Notes: a model not told the origin generated them from the sequence alone. DNA of 32,000 bases from Pasteurella multocida (GCF_900187275.1 NZ_LT906458.1:120001-152000); one strand, 5' to 3'. Shown: positions 9,273-19,840, counted from the stretch's first letter. A program made the numbers and translations.

Positions 9273-9288
9273 ATGTAACCGTTTTCAG
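9273..9288. promoter_or_regulatory. GalR-type operator (O4) just upstream of galT
   Basis: ATGTAACCGTTTTCAG (reverse complement CTGAAAACGGTTACAT) is a CG-centred dyad. It ends 17 nt before the galT ATG and its centre is 131 bp from the O3 centre. Confidence 0.6.
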
Positions 9289-9304
9289 TTGTCGGGAGTA
9301 AAAG

Positions 9305-10351
9305 ATGCGTCATTCACGATTTGAACCAACCGAACACCCACATCGCCGTTATAATCCGTTAACCGATCAGTGGGTACTTGTATCACCACATAGAGCAAAA
9401 CGTCCATGGCAAGGGCAACAAGAAAAAGTGGCTGAGGATGAAAAGCCAAGTTATGATCCAACCTGTTATTTATGCCCATCCAATAAGCGTATTACAGGTG
9501 AACAAAACCCTGATTATCAAAAGCCTTTCGTGTTCAAAAATGATTTTTCTGCGTTATTAGAAGAAACACCTAATCCAGAAAAGTCGACCGATCCTTTATT
9601 CCAAATATCAAAAGCACAAGGCGAAAGTCGCGTGATTTGCTTTTCGCCTGATCATAGCAAAACCTTACCTTTATTAACAGTCGAAGAAATTCATGACGTG
9701 ATAAAAGTGTGGCAAGAGCAGTTGCTAGAATTGGGGCAAAAATATCAATGGGTCCAAATCTTTGAAAATAAAGGTGCCGCTATGGGCTGTTCTAATCCGC
9801 ATCCACATGGGCAAATTTGGGCGAATAGCTTTTTGCCAAATGAAGTAGCGCGTGCGGATCAGACTCAGCGCGCTTATCTTGCTAAGCAAGGTTCGGTGAT
9901 GTTAATGGACTATGCCAAACGTGAAATTGAACTGAAAGAACGCGTGGTGGTTGAAACTGAACATTGGTTAGCGGTGGTGCCTTATTGGGCGGTTTGGCCA
10001 TTTGAAACGTTATTGATGCCGAAGGCGCATGTGAAACGTTTGACGGACTTAACTGAAGAACAAAGCAAAGACTTAGCGCTAGCATTAAAAAAACTGACGA
10101 CAAAATACGATAATTTATTTGAAACCTCTTTCCCTTATTCCATGGGGTTTCATGCGGCGCCTTTTAATGAAGAGAGCAATGAACATTGGCAACTTCATGC
10201 CCATTTTTATCCACCATTATTACGTTCTGCTACTGTACGTAAATTTATGGTAGGTTATGAAATGTTAGGGGAATCTCAACGTGATTTAACTGCAGAGCAA
10301 GCCGCAGAACGTTTACGTGTGCTCAGTGAAGTGCATTATAAGCAAAGATAA
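9305..10351 (+). CDS. galT: Galactose-1-phosphate uridylyltransferase
   Basis: 348 aa. Zn-site CYLCP and active-site HPHGQ motif. SD GGGAG upstream. First gene of galTKM. Confidence 0.96.
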   Translation: MRHSRFEPTEHPHRRYNPLTDQWVLVSPHRAKRPWQGQQEKVAEDEKPSYDPTCYLCPSNKRITGEQNPDYQKPFVFKNDFSALLEETPNPEKSTDPLFQISKAQGESRVICFSPDHSKTLPLLTVEEIHDVIKVWQEQLLELGQKYQWVQIFENKGAAMGCSNPHPHGQIWANSFLPNEVARADQTQRAYLAKQGSVMLMDYAKREIELKERVVVETEHWLAVVPYWAVWPFETLLMPKAHVKRLTDLTEEQSKDLALALKKLTTKYDNLFETSFPYSMGFHAAPFNEESNEHWQLHAHFYPPLLRSATVRKFMVGYEMLGESQRDLTAEQAAERLRVLSEVHYKQR

Positions 10352-10429
10352 CCTAAGTGAGATACAACGCGATTTCTATTTGTCATTTGATAAGACGCAT
10401 ATTGTTTGCGATAAGGAAAGGGATATAAC

Positions 10430-11587
10430 ATGACTCCACAGCAATCTGCTCAACGCTTATTTCAAGAAAAATTTAATTGTACACCGACCTTAAATGTTTA
10501 TGCACCAGGTCGAGTCAATATTATTGGTGAACATACGGATTATAATGATGGTTTTGTGATGCCTTGTGCAATTAATTATGGCACCGCCATCAGTGGTCGA
10601 AAACGGGATGATAGCCGATTTAAAGTCTATGCTGGCGATTTGCAGCAATGGGATGAATTTGATTTAGCAGAAGAGATTACTCCTGATTCAAGTAAAAAAT
10701 GGACAGGTTATGTACGTGGCGTGGTGAAATTTGTGCAGGCCCATTGTCCAGACTTTAAGTGCGGTGCAGATTTAGTGATTTCTGGTAATGTGCCGTTATC
10801 TGCGGGTTTGAGTTCTTCTGCCTCTTTAGAAGTGGCGGTTGGCAAATTTTGCCAACAATTAGGTAATTTACCTTTAACTAATACGGAAATTGCGCTTATT
10901 GGTCAGAAAGCTGAGAACCAGTTTGTCGGTTGCCAATGTGGCAATATGGATCAATTGATTTCAGCCTTAGGACAAAAAGATCATTTACTGATGATCGATT
11001 GTCGTTCGTTAGAAACGATTCCAACGCCTATTCCCGCTAATGTAGCGGTGATGATTGTGAGTTCTCATGTGAAACACGATTTGGTGGCGGGGGAGTACAA
11101 CACTCGTCGTCAGCAATGTGAAGTCGCCGCGAAATTCTTTGGCGTGAAAGCATTACGTGATGTGTCTCTTGCTCAATTTAAACAAAGAGAAGCAGAGTTG
11201 ACAGCATTGGATCCCGAAGTGGCGAAACGTGCACGTCATGTGGTGACGGAAAACCAACGTGTTTTAGATGCGGTTAAAGCCTTACAAAGTGGCAATCTTG
11301 CACTACTGGGAGAACTTATGGCGCAATCGCATGAGTCAATGCGTGATGATTTTGAGATTACGGTACCGCAAATTGACTATTTAGTGGAACTGGCACAGAT
11401 TGCAATTGGTAAAACCGGTGGCGCTAGAATGACTGGTGGTGGCTTTGGTGGGTGTATTGTGGCGGTTGCACCAGTGGAAAAAGTGGAAGCCGTTCGTCAG
11501 ATTATTGCTGATAATTACGCCCAACAAACGGGTTTAAAAGAAGATTTTTATGTGTGTACTGCCTCACAAGGAGTAAGCGTATGCTGA
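10430..11587 (+). CDS. galK: Galactokinase
   Basis: 385 aa. GHMP kinase motifs ([39 protein letters not shown]). Confidence 0.96.
   Translation: MTPQQSAQRLFQEKFNCTPTLNVYAPGRVNIIGEHTDYNDGFVMPCAINYGTAISGRKRDDSRFKVYAGDLQQWDEFDLAEEITPDSSKKWTGYVRGVVKFVQAHCPDFKCGADLVISGNVPLSAGLSSSASLEVAVGKFCQQLGNLPLTNTEIALIGQKAENQFVGCQCGNMDQLISALGQKDHLLMIDCRSLETIPTPIPANVAVMIVSSHVKHDLVAGEYNTRRQQCEVAAKFFGVKALRDVSLAQFKQREAELTALDPEVAKRARHVVTENQRVLDAVKALQSGNLALLGELMAQSHESMRDDFEITVPQIDYLVELAQIAIGKTGGARMTGGGFGGCIVAVAPVEKVEAVRQIIADNYAQQTGLKEDFYVCTASQGVSVC
10757..10765 (+). repeat. Uptake signal sequence core (Hin-type USS)
   Basis: Exact AAGTGCGGT, inside galK. Confidence 0.8.
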
Positions 11588-12612
11588 GCAAGTGTACACT
11601 GGGTGTCGCACCAGATGGACAACCATTTCAATTAGTCACTTTATCCAATGCAAAAGGGATGTCTATCCAAGTGATGGATTGGGGGGCGACATGGTTGTCT
11701 TGTAAGGTGCCTGTGCAAAATCAATTACGTGAGGTGTTATTAGGCTGTCAGCTTGAGGATTACCCTAAGCAACAGGTTTATTTAGGTGCGACTATCGGGC
11801 GTTATGCGAATCGTATTGCGAATGGACGTTTTGTATTAAATGGGGTGCCGATTCAGTTACAGACGAATCAAGGACAACATCAGTTACATGGCGGCGAAAA
11901 TGGTTTTGATTGCCAACGTTGGCAATTGGAAAAGTGCGGTGAAAATTTTGTGTGTTTTTCACTTTCTTCGCCAGACGGTGATCAAGGTTTTCCCGGTCAT
12001 GTGAAAGTACGTGTAACGTACTTACTGAGCGAGCAAAATTGTGTAGAAATTCAATTTGAGGCGGAAAGTGATCAAGACACCCCGCTAAATTTAACCAACC
12101 ATGCTTATTTTAATCTCAATAACGCGGAGCTTGGTGAGGACATTCGAGAACATTATTTGCAAGTCAATGCTGACCATTACTTACCTGTGAATCCAGAGGG
12201 GATCCCTTGTGCAGCGTTGAAATCCGTACAGGGCACCAGTTTTGATTTTCGTGAGATGAAGTCTATTGAGAAAGACTTTTTACAAGATGAACAAGCCCTA
12301 GTAAAAGGGTATGATCATGCCTTTCTATTAAATCAAGACAAAGAAAAACTCAGTGCGGTTCTTACGGCAGCAGACGGTTCTTTACGTTTACAGGTCTCCA
12401 CCTCTCAACCTGCCTTACAAGTATATACTGGGAATTTTCTAGCCGGCACGCCGAATCGTTTCGGCTCATACTATCAGGATTACGTCGGGATTGCGTTAGA
12501 AACACAAGCCTTACCTGATACCCCTAATCATCCTGAGTGGTGGACATTGGGTGGCATGAGCCAAGCCGGAGAAAAATATCAACATTGGACCCGTTTTAAC
12601 TTTTCATCATAA
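11581..12612 (+). CDS. galM: Aldose 1-epimerase (galactose mutarotase)
   Basis: Mutarotase motifs ([28 protein letters not shown]). I place the start at the ATG at 11581 (SD AAGGAG), which overlaps the galK stop as ATGCTGA. The listed ORF starts 27 nt earlier. Confidence 0.93.
   Translation: MLSKCTLGVAPDGQPFQLVTLSNAKGMSIQVMDWGATWLSCKVPVQNQLREVLLGCQLEDYPKQQVYLGATIGRYANRIANGRFVLNGVPIQLQTNQGQHQLHGGENGFDCQRWQLEKCGENFVCFSLSSPDGDQGFPGHVKVRVTYLLSEQNCVEIQFEAESDQDTPLNLTNHAYFNLNNAELGEDIREHYLQVNADHYLPVNPEGIPCAALKSVQGTSFDFREMKSIEKDFLQDEQALVKGYDHAFLLNQDKEKLSAVLTAADGSLRLQVSTSQPALQVYTGNFLAGTPNRFGSYYQDYVGIALETQALPDTPNHPEWWTLGGMSQAGEKYQHWTRFNFSS
11932..11940 (+). repeat. Uptake signal sequence core (Hin-type USS)
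   Basis: Exact AAGTGCGGT followed by GAAAATTTT, inside galM. Confidence 0.8.
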
Positions 12613-12635
12613 CAATAAATGCGAATTGTCGTTTT

Positions 12636-12664
12636 TTGCCCCACTGTCTAGGGGCTTTTTTTTG
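12636..12664 (+). terminator. Rho-independent terminator of galTKM
   Basis: GCCCC-8 nt-GGGGC followed by T8. Confidence 0.8.
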
Positions 12665-12728
12665 CTATTAAGCAGGAAATATGTTACTTTTCAACGGTCA
12701 ATGTTGACGGAAACGTATTCAAAAATTT

Positions 12729-13631
12729 ATGGCTAACGAAGAACAATCAAATACTTACTCTACTGAATCTCACCAGAAAAAAAGTTTTTTTCAATCGCTG
12801 TTTGGGCGCTTTTTCCAAGGTGAATTAAAAAATCGTGAAGAACTGGTCGAAGTGATTCGCGATTCAGAGCAAAATGAGCTGATTGATCAAAATACACGGG
12901 AGATGATAGAAGGTGTCATGGAAATCGCGGAATTACGCGTGCGTGACATTATGATCCCCCGCTCACAAATAGTATTTATTCACACGGATCAAAATTTAGA
13001 TTCTTGTTTGGATACGATCATTGTGTCAGCACACTCGCGTTTCCCGGTGATTACGGATGAGCGTGATAATATCGCAGGGATTCTACATGCGAAAGATTTG
13101 CTCCGCTTTTTACGTTCCAATGCGGAAGAATTTGATTTAATGCCTTTATTACGTCCTGCGGTAATTGTGCCGGAAAGTAAGCGAGTTGATCGGATGCTCA
13201 AAGATTTCCGTTCAGAACGTTTTCATATGGCGATCGTGGTTGATGAGTTTGGTGCAGTGTCTGGTTTGGTGACAATCGAAGATATTCTTGAGCAAATTGT
13301 AGGGGATATTGAAGATGAATTCGATGAAGAAGAAATTGTCAATATTCGTCAGCTTTCTCGCCATACTTATGCGGTACGCGCTTTAACGGATATTGAAGAC
13401 TTTAATCAACAGTTTAATACTCACTTTGCTGATGAAGAGGTGGATACCATTGGTGGGGTGGTCATGCAAGCCTTTGGTTACTTACCAAAACGCGGTGAAG
13501 AAATCACCATTGAGAATATCGGTTTTAAAGTGACTTCTGCGGATAGTCGTCGTTTGATTCAATTACGCATTACTGTCACGGATGAGCAGTTAGCTGAAAT
13601 TGAAAAAGCCGAAGAACTAAAGGAAGATTAA
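12729..13631 (+). CDS. corC: Mg/Co efflux-associated CBS-domain protein CorC (YbeX)
   Basis: 300 aa, collinear with E. coli CorC as I recall it ([50 protein letters not shown], CorC_HlyC C-terminal domain). Confidence 0.93.
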   Translation: MANEEQSNTYSTESHQKKSFFQSLFGRFFQGELKNREELVEVIRDSEQNELIDQNTREMIEGVMEIAELRVRDIMIPRSQIVFIHTDQNLDSCLDTIIVSAHSRFPVITDERDNIAGILHAKDLLRFLRSNAEEFDLMPLLRPAVIVPESKRVDRMLKDFRSERFHMAIVVDEFGAVSGLVTIEDILEQIVGDIEDEFDEEEIVNIRQLSRHTYAVRALTDIEDFNQQFNTHFADEEVDTIGGVVMQAFGYLPKRGEEITIENIGFKVTSADSRRLIQLRITVTDEQLAEIEKAEELKED

Positions 13632-13651
13632 ACACGTCGATACGGAAGACG

Positions 13652-13673
13652 AGCACGAGTAAAGACTCGTGCT
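13652..13673 (+). other. 9-bp stem-loop in the corC-lnt spacer that covers the GTG start of the listed lnt ORF
   Basis: AGCACGAGT-aaag-ACTCGTGCT. The GTG at 13669 lies in the 3' arm. Confidence 0.4.
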
Positions 13674-15231
13674 TCATTATTTAAAGAAGATGAAAAAAAA
13701 GATTTTTACTTATTTTATTGCGATTTTTTCAGGCATTATCGGGGTGTTAGCCTTTTCCCCTTTTGATTATTGGGGTTGTGCTTACTTATCGCTTTTAGGT
13801 CTTATTTTTGTTGCTAAAACAGCGGAAAAAAAGACCGCACTTTGGTCGGCATTTTTGTGGGGATTAGCTTTTTTCACTTTTGGGATAAATTGGGTACACG
13901 TTAGTATTCATCAATTTGGTGGTGCCTCTGTCGTGGTGAGCTATGTGTTAGTCCTTGCCTTAGCCGCCTATCTTGCATTGTATCCGATGCTCTTTGCTTA
14001 TTTGATCCAGCGTTTTCAAGTCAGTAGCTTAGCGATGTTCCCCGTGATTTGGACCTTTACCGAATTTTTACGCGGCTGGCTCTTTACCGGATTTCCGTGG
14101 TTACAATTTGGTTATAGTCAAATCGATAGCCCATTTGCTCATCTCGCGCCGATGTTTGGTGTTACTGGCGTCACTTTCTTTGTAATGTGGGTCAGTGCGG
14201 TGATTTTTAATTTACTTTCCGTCTTGCTTATTAAACCAAGAAAGTGGAATGTTGTGATAGCTAATCTCCTTTTACTCACACTAGTTGGTGGATTGTCAGC
14301 TTATTCTTCCAAGGCTGAGTATGTCAGAAAAATAGAAGACAGGGATTTGCTTGTGACGTTAGCACAGGGCAATATTGAGCAAAATTTAAAATGGGAACCA
14401 GAATATCTGTATCAAACTTTAGATATCTATCATAAGTTAATTAGTCAGCATCTCGGTAAAACTGACGTCATTATTTTGCCTGAATCTGCATTGCCAGTGT
14501 TAGAAAATCATATTCAGCCTTTTTTCCAAGGACTACAAGCACATGCACAACAAGCTGGAACGGAAATCGTCATGGGGACGATCTATCAAGATGAAACAGC
14601 AAATAAGTTATTAAATTCAATTATTACTTTGGGAAATACGGATTTCCCTTATTCATTAGAAACGACAAATCGTTACAGTAAGCATCATCTTGTGCCTTTT
14701 GGTGAATATGTTCCTTTAGAGACATTATTGCGTCCATTAGGGAGTGTGTTTAACTTACCCATGTCTGCTTTCCAAAGTGGTGATGAAATTCAATCGCCGT
14801 TAGTGGTCAAAAATCGCCAGCTAAGTGCGGCAATTTGTTATGAGATTATTTTGGGTGAACAATTAAGAAAGAATGTGAAACAAGACACGGATTTCATTCT
14901 CACAGTCTCAAATGATGCGTGGTTTGGTGACTCTATTGGACCTTGGCAACATTTACAGATGGCAAGAATGCGTGCTTTAGAGTTTGGGAAACCAGTCATT
15001 CGTGCCACCAATACTGGCATTAGCGTGTTTATTGATGAGCAAGGTAAAATTGTTGCACAAGCGCCACAATTCATTGAAACGACGTTAACGCATAAAGTGG
15101 CGGCTACGGAAGGTCAAACGCCTTACGCTGTGTTTGGTAATACCGCTATCTATGGACTGTCGTTGCTACTGCTCTTAATGCGTGGGTTCGGCGCACTGAT
15201 TCGTCGTCGTTTATTCATGCCCCGTCTGTAA
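13669..15231 (+). CDS. lnt: Apolipoprotein N-acyltransferase Lnt
   Basis: Multi-TM N-terminal part followed by a nitrilase-type domain (NRYSKHHLVPFGEYVP, AAICYEI, SNDAWFG). The real start is probably the ATG at 13690 (MKKKIFTYF...). Confidence 0.93.
   Translation: MLHYLKKMKKKIFTYFIAIFSGIIGVLAFSPFDYWGCAYLSLLGLIFVAKTAEKKTALWSAFLWGLAFFTFGINWVHVSIHQFGGASVVVSYVLVLALAAYLALYPMLFAYLIQRFQVSSLAMFPVIWTFTEFLRGWLFTGFPWLQFGYSQIDSPFAHLAPMFGVTGVTFFVMWVSAVIFNLLSVLLIKPRKWNVVIANLLLLTLVGGLSAYSSKAEYVRKIEDRDLLVTLAQGNIEQNLKWEPEYLYQTLDIYHKLISQHLGKTDVIILPESALPVLENHIQPFFQGLQAHAQQAGTEIVMGTIYQDETANKLLNSIITLGNTDFPYSLETTNRYSKHHLVPFGEYVPLETLLRPLGSVFNLPMSAFQSGDEIQSPLVVKNRQLSAAICYEIILGEQLRKNVKQDTDFILTVSNDAWFGDSIGPWQHLQMARMRALEFGKPVIRATNTGISVFIDEQGKIVAQAPQFIETTLTHKVAATEGQTPYAVFGNTAIYGLSLLLLLMRGFGALIRRRLFMPRL
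13834..13842 (-). repeat. Uptake signal sequence core (Hin-type USS)
   Basis: Exact ACCGCACTT, inside lnt. Confidence 0.8.
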
Positions 15232-15245
15232 GTCAGAACAAACAA

Positions 15246-15275
15246 AAAAGCACTGAAATATCAGTGCTTTTTTGT
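15246..15275. terminator. Bidirectional terminator between the convergent genes lnt and infA
   Basis: AGCACTGA-aata-TCAGTGCT flanked by A6 and T6. Confidence 0.85.
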
Positions 15276-15284
15276 CAAAATAGG

Positions 15285-15530
<246 letters not shown>

Positions 15531-15635
15531 TTACAGCATTTTGATTTTAATTGCTGTATATTATACGGTTGTGCTGAATTATACAAGTTTTGTGATGTAC
15601 GGCAAGTTTTTATTCCATCCGTTTCAAGATAAAAG

Positions 15636-16673
15636 ATGAAAAAGATCCTTATTACTGGTGGGGCAGGTTTTATTGGCTCCGCCGTTATTCGCTACATTTT
15701 AAGCCAAACATCAGATCAGATTATAAATCTCGATAAACTCACCTATGCCAGTAATTTGGACGCTTTAGCCTCTGTTGTTGACAACCCACGTTACCATTTT
15801 GAACAAGGTGACATTGCAGATGCCACGACCTTGAGCAACATTTTTCAGCGCTATCAACCGGATTGTGTTATGCATTTGGCAGCAGAAAGTCATGTTGATC
15901 GCTCAATTGCTGGCGCAGCCGCGTTTATTCAAACAAATATTGTTGGTACCTATACTTTACTTGAGGTGACTCGGCAATATTGGCTCACATTAGACGAAAA
16001 AAGCAAAGCGGCTTTTCGTTTTCACCATGTTTCAACAGATGAGGTATTTGGTGACCTTGACTTCACACAACCTGCGTTTACAGAAACTTCCCCCTATCGT
16101 CCAAGTAGCCCTTATTCTGCCTCAAAAGCAGCTAGCGATCATTTAGTACGAGCTTGGCATCGAACTTATGGTTTGCCCATTGTGATGAGCAACAGTACGA
16201 ATAATTATGGTTTTTATCAACATACTGAAAAACTCATTCCTTTTATGTTAAGTCAGGCTTTACAGGGAAAACCGTTGACGCTCTATGGCGATGGGCAGCA
16301 AGTGCGAGATTGGTTGTTTGTTGATGATCATGCACAAGCTTTGTATCTTGTACTAACAAAGGGCAAAGTGGGGGAAACCTATAATATTGGTGCACGTTGT
16401 GAGTACAGTAATATTCATCTTGTGATGCGGTTATGTGAGATCTTAAATCAGTTAAGACAGGCGGGAGGATTGACAGCGTTTTCGGATCAACTCAGCGAAA
16501 TAACCGACTTTAAGCAGCTGATCACTTTTGTGAAAGATCGTCCCGGTCATGACTTGCGTTATGCGATAAATGCCTCAAAAATTCAAGACGAATTAGGCTG
16601 GGTGGCAAAAACGGATTTTGAGACGGGATTACGAAAAACAGTCGCATGGTATGTGAATTATTTGTCACCATGA
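15636..16673 (+). CDS. rffG: dTDP-glucose 4,6-dehydratase (RmlB/RffG family), stand-alone
   Basis: 345 aa. GGAGFIGS Rossmann motif, [18 protein letters not shown] catalytic Tyr/Lys and [11 protein letters not shown]. No rmlA/C/D genes are adjacent. Confidence 0.88.
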   Translation: MKKILITGGAGFIGSAVIRYILSQTSDQIINLDKLTYASNLDALASVVDNPRYHFEQGDIADATTLSNIFQRYQPDCVMHLAAESHVDRSIAGAAAFIQTNIVGTYTLLEVTRQYWLTLDEKSKAAFRFHHVSTDEVFGDLDFTQPAFTETSPYRPSSPYSASKAASDHLVRAWHRTYGLPIVMSNSTNNYGFYQHTEKLIPFMLSQALQGKPLTLYGDGQQVRDWLFVDDHAQALYLVLTKGKVGETYNIGARCEYSNIHLVMRLCEILNQLRQAGGLTAFSDQLSEITDFKQLITFVKDRPGHDLRYAINASKIQDELGWVAKTDFETGLRKTVAWYVNYLSP

Positions 16674-16702
16674 AAGAAAAGATATTTTGTGGAAAAGGTA
16701 CT

Positions 16703-16748
16703 AAAGTGCGGAAAAACTGGTATAGTGAATCGCACTTTATTTTTATTT
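16703..16748 (+). terminator. Probable rffG terminator built from an inverted pair of near-USS sequences
   Basis: AAAGTGCG ...20 nt... CGCACTTT followed by ATTTTTATTT. Each arm is an 8/9 match to the USS core. Confidence 0.5.
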
Positions 16749-16777
16749 AGATAATACAAAAAATAAAAGGATCGTTT

Positions 16778-18082
16778 ATGCCAATGCAAATTATGTTATC
16801 GACTCAAGTAGCAGATGAAGCTTGGGGAAAAAATGCACTATTAAGTTTTCATCAGGCGCAAGCCACTATTCATGTTACTGACTATTCCGCGCGTAATACT
16901 GTACAAAAAGCAGCGCGTAAATTACGTGGTCAGGGGATTAAAGATGTGGTACTTGCTGGCGAAAATTGGGATTTAGAAACCTGCTGGGCATTTTATCAAG
17001 GTTTTTATAGCGCAAAACAAGATTATGCGGTGGAATTTCCAACTTTAGGCGATGCACCGCAAGCGGAATTATTAGCGCGCATTCAATGCGGTGATTTTGT
17101 ACGTGAAATGATTAATTTGCCCGCGGAAGTGATTACCCCTGTGGAATTGGCGAGCCGTGCAGCCCACTTTATCGAAGAACAAGCAGAAGAATATGGGGAT
17201 AAAAGTGCGGTCAGTTTTAACATTATTTCGGGCGAAGAATTAAAAGCACAGAATTATCAAGGTATTTGGAATGTGGGACGCGGTTCTGCTAACCCGCCAG
17301 CGATGTTGCAATTAGATTTCAACCCAACAGGCAATCCTGATGCGCCGGTATTAGCCTGTTTAGTGGGGAAAGGCATTACTTTTGACAGTGGCGGTTATAG
17401 CATTAAACCAAGTGATAATATGAGCACGATGCGTACAGATATGGGCGGCGCGGCATTGTTAACAGGCTCATTAGGGTTAGCCATCGCCCGTGGTTTAACA
17501 CAACGTGTGAAACTCTATTTATGCTGTGCAGAAAATCTGGTGAGCAGCAATGCGTTTAAATTGGGTGATATTATCACTTACAGCAATGGCGTGACTGCTG
17601 AAATTTTAAATACGGATGCGGAAGGGCGTTTGGTACTTGCAGATGGATTAATTGAAGCCGATAAACAACAGCCAAAAATGATCATTGATTGTGCAACGTT
17701 AACTGGAGCTGCAAAAATGGCGGTAGGCAATGATTACCACTCAGTATTGTCTATGGATGATGCATTGGTAGCTGCGCTCTTTAAGTCTGCGGAAGCCGAA
17801 CAAGAACCTTTCTGGCGTTTACCGTTTGCGGAATTACATCGTTCACAAATAAGCACGGCATTTGCCGATATTGCGAATACAGGGACGGTGCCAGTAGGGG
17901 CGGGTGCAAGTACAGCCACAGCTTTTTTATCTTACTTTGTGAAAAATTATCAACAACATTGGTTACATATTGATTGTTCAGCCACTTATCGTAAAACAGC
18001 AAGCGATTTATGGGCTGTGGGCGCAACGGGGATTGGTGTGCAAACGCTCGCCAACTTATTATTAAATCCAGTCAAGGGATAA
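16778..18082 (+). CDS. pepB: Peptidase B (M17 leucyl aminopeptidase family)
   Basis: 434 aa. M17 catalytic motifs ([27 protein letters not shown]). Confidence 0.93.
   Translation: MPMQIMLSTQVADEAWGKNALLSFHQAQATIHVTDYSARNTVQKAARKLRGQGIKDVVLAGENWDLETCWAFYQGFYSAKQDYAVEFPTLGDAPQAELLARIQCGDFVREMINLPAEVITPVELASRAAHFIEEQAEEYGDKSAVSFNIISGEELKAQNYQGIWNVGRGSANPPAMLQLDFNPTGNPDAPVLACLVGKGITFDSGGYSIKPSDNMSTMRTDMGGAALLTGSLGLAIARGLTQRVKLYLCCAENLVSSNAFKLGDIITYSNGVTAEILNTDAEGRLVLADGLIEADKQQPKMIIDCATLTGAAKMAVGNDYHSVLSMDDALVAALFKSAEAEQEPFWRLPFAELHRSQISTAFADIANTGTVPVGAGASTATAFLSYFVKNYQQHWLHIDCSATYRKTASDLWAVGATGIGVQTLANLLLNPVKG
17203..17211 (+). repeat. Uptake signal sequence core (Hin-type USS)
   Basis: Exact AAGTGCGGT, inside pepB. 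Confidence 0.8.
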
Positions 18083-18091
18083 GGACCAGAT

Positions 18092-18511
18092 ATGGCAGTA
18101 GAAAGAACACTCTCATTGATTAAACCTGACGCAGTAAAACGACATTTAATTGGTGCTATTCTAAGCCGTTTTGAACAAGCGGGGTTTCGCGTGGTGGCAG
18201 CGAAAATGTTACATCTGACACAAGCGCAAGCTGAAGGGTTTTACGCGGAGCATCAAGATAAAGCGTTTTTTCCTGAGCTTGTCGCGTATATGATCTCTGC
18301 ACCGGTTTTAGCATTAGTGCTAGAGAAAGAAAATGCGGTGAAAGATTATCGCACCTTAATTGGAGCAACGAACCCTGCCGTAGCCGCAGAGGGGACAATT
18401 CGTCGCGATTTTGCGATTGATGGGCGACATAATTCAGTGCATGGGTCGGACAGTCTGGACAGTGCAAAACGCGAAATTGCTTATTTTTTCGTGGAGAGTG
18501 AAATTTTTTAA
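18092..18511 (+). CDS. ndk: Nucleoside diphosphate kinase
   Basis: 139 aa. [12 protein letters not shown] and the active-site NSVHGSDS motif. It starts 9 nt after pepB with SD AAGGA. Confidence 0.96.
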   Translation: MAVERTLSLIKPDAVKRHLIGAILSRFEQAGFRVVAAKMLHLTQAQAEGFYAEHQDKAFFPELVAYMISAPVLALVLEKENAVKDYRTLIGATNPAVAAEGTIRRDFAIDGRHNSVHGSDSLDSAKREIAYFFVESEIF

Positions 18512-18538
18512 TCGTCTTTTCTTGCTTGTCTGAAAACG

Positions 18539-18579
18539 ATTTCCCTTCGTGTGTTTTATCACGAAGGGAAATTTTTTTG
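18539..18579 (+). terminator. Strong rho-independent terminator of pepB-ndk
   Basis: 13-bp stem ATTTCCCTTCGTG / CACGAAGGGAAAT followed by a T-run. Confidence 0.9.
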
Positions 18580-18588
18580 CGATAAAGA

Positions 18589-18616
18589 TTGAATTTTCTC
18601 AATAAAAGCGTATTAT
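18589..18616 (+). promoter_or_regulatory. Candidate sigma-70 promoter of metK
   Basis: TTGAAT (18589-18594), a 16-nt spacer, then TATTAT (18611-18616). Confidence 0.5.
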
Positions 18617-18640
18617 AGCCGTCCAGACGCAGAAACATCT
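18617..18640. promoter_or_regulatory. Three tandem 8-bp MetJ-box-like repeats
   Basis: AGCCGTCC AGACGCAG AAACATCT match the met-box consensus AGACGTCT at 6/8, 5/8 and 6/8. They sit immediately after the -10 hexamer. Confidence 0.4.
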
Positions 18641-18662
18641 AAAAGAACACAAGAAGGATATT

Positions 18663-19817
18663 ATGTCTCGTTATTTATTCACTTCCGAATCCGTATCAGA
18701 AGGACATCCAGATAAAATTGCCGATCAAATTTCCGATGCGGTATTAGACGAAATTTTAAAACAAGATCCCAAAGCCCGCGTTGCTTGTGAAACCTATGTA
18801 AAAACAGGGATGGCATTAGTGGGTGGCGAGATCACAACATCGGCTTGGGTAGATATTGAAAACTTAACCCGCCAGGTGATTTGTGATATTGGCTATAAAC
18901 ATTCTGATATGGGCTTTGATGGTCATTCTTGTGCCGTGTTAAATGCGATTGGTAAACAATCTTCCGATATTAATCAAGGTGTGGATCGTGAAAATCCATT
19001 AGATCAAGGTGCAGGTGACCAAGGGATTATGTTTGGTTATGCCACTAATGAAACTGAAGTGCTGATGCCTGCAGCCATTACTTATGCGCACCGTTTAATG
19101 GAGCGTCAAGCCAAGGTGCGTAAAGAGGGTACCTTGCCATGGTTACGTCCTGATGCAAAAAGCCAAGTCACGCTAAAATATGAAGATCACAAAATTGTTG
19201 GGGTCGATGCGGTCGTCCTTTCTACGCAACACTGTGACAGCATTTCACAACATGATTTGCATGAAGCAGTGATGGAAGAAATTATTAAGCCTGTTTTACC
19301 TGCAGAGTGGTTATCAAAAGAAACCAAATATTTCATCAACCCAACAGGACGCTTTGTGATTGGTGGTCCGATGGGGGACTGCGGGTTAACAGGGCGTAAA
19401 ATTATTGTGGATACTTACGGCGGTGCCGCGCGTCATGGTGGCGGTGCATTCTCGGGTAAAGATCCTTCCAAAGTAGACCGCTCAGCTGCTTATGCGGCGC
19501 GTTATGTGGCGAAAAATATTGTTGCTGCGGGGCTTGCAGATCGTTGCGAAATTCAACTTTCGTATGCGATTGGGGTTGCTGATCCGACGTCTATCATGGT
19601 GGAAACTTTTGGTACCGGTAAAGTTGCTAACGAATTATTAGTAGCATTGGTGCGTGAATTCTTTGATTTACGTCCGTACGGTTTAATTAAAATGCTTGAT
19701 TTAATTCAGCCTATTTACCGTGAAACGGCGGCTTATGGTCACTTTGGGCGTGAACAATTCCCATGGGAAAAAGTTGATCGTGCAGAAGAATTACGCGCTG
19801 CAGCAGGACTTAAATAA
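18663..19817 (+). CDS. metK: S-adenosylmethionine synthetase
   Basis: 384 aa. [28 protein letters not shown] and other MetK signatures. Confidence 0.98.
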   Translation: MSRYLFTSESVSEGHPDKIADQISDAVLDEILKQDPKARVACETYVKTGMALVGGEITTSAWVDIENLTRQVICDIGYKHSDMGFDGHSCAVLNAIGKQSSDINQGVDRENPLDQGAGDQGIMFGYATNETEVLMPAAITYAHRLMERQAKVRKEGTLPWLRPDAKSQVTLKYEDHKIVGVDAVVLSTQHCDSISQHDLHEAVMEEIIKPVLPAEWLSKETKYFINPTGRFVIGGPMGDCGLTGRKIIVDTYGGAARHGGGAFSGKDPSKVDRSAAYAARYVAKNIVAAGLADRCEIQLSYAIGVADPTSIMVETFGTGKVANELLVALVREFFDLRPYGLIKMLDLIQPIYRETAAYGHFGREQFPWEKVDRAEELRAAAGLK

Positions 19818-19840
19818 CCGTTACTCGGACAAGAAACGTA

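Noticed and set aside
12690-12731. The corC upstream region has a GTCAA-tg-TTGAC inverted repeat, a TTGACG -35-like hexamer, no SD before the ATG, and no ybeZ/ybeY upstream as in E. coli.
   Set aside because: No acceptable -10 lies at the right spacing, and the short dyad is not distinguishable from chance. The loss of ybeZY linkage is a synteny difference, not a feature I can interpret from this window.
13693-13700. An A8 homopolymer at the start of lnt, and a T7 tract at the wzb/wzc junction (29255-29261), considered as possible phase-variation tracts.
   Set aside because: Both are short for slipped-strand switches. The A8 simply encodes Lys-Lys-Lys in an essential gene. No tetranucleotide or longer simple-sequence repeats of the Haemophilus contingency-locus type were seen anywhere in the window.
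18531-18546. TGAAAACG core (CTGAAAACGATTTCCC) near the ndk terminator. The same 8-mer occurs inside mglA (~5542), corC (~13218) and htpG (~21625).
   Set aside because: The second half-sites are poor and the locations (coding sequence or a terminator stem) do not suggest regulation. These occurrences show the 8-mer arises by chance in this genome, which tempers confidence in the weaker operators O2 and O3.
18156-18638. A 160-aa minus-strand ORF covering ndk and its terminator.
   Set aside because: It is antisense to a clearly genuine ndk, runs through the terminator hairpin, and its low-complexity Arg/Leu/Ser-rich product matches no family I recognise.
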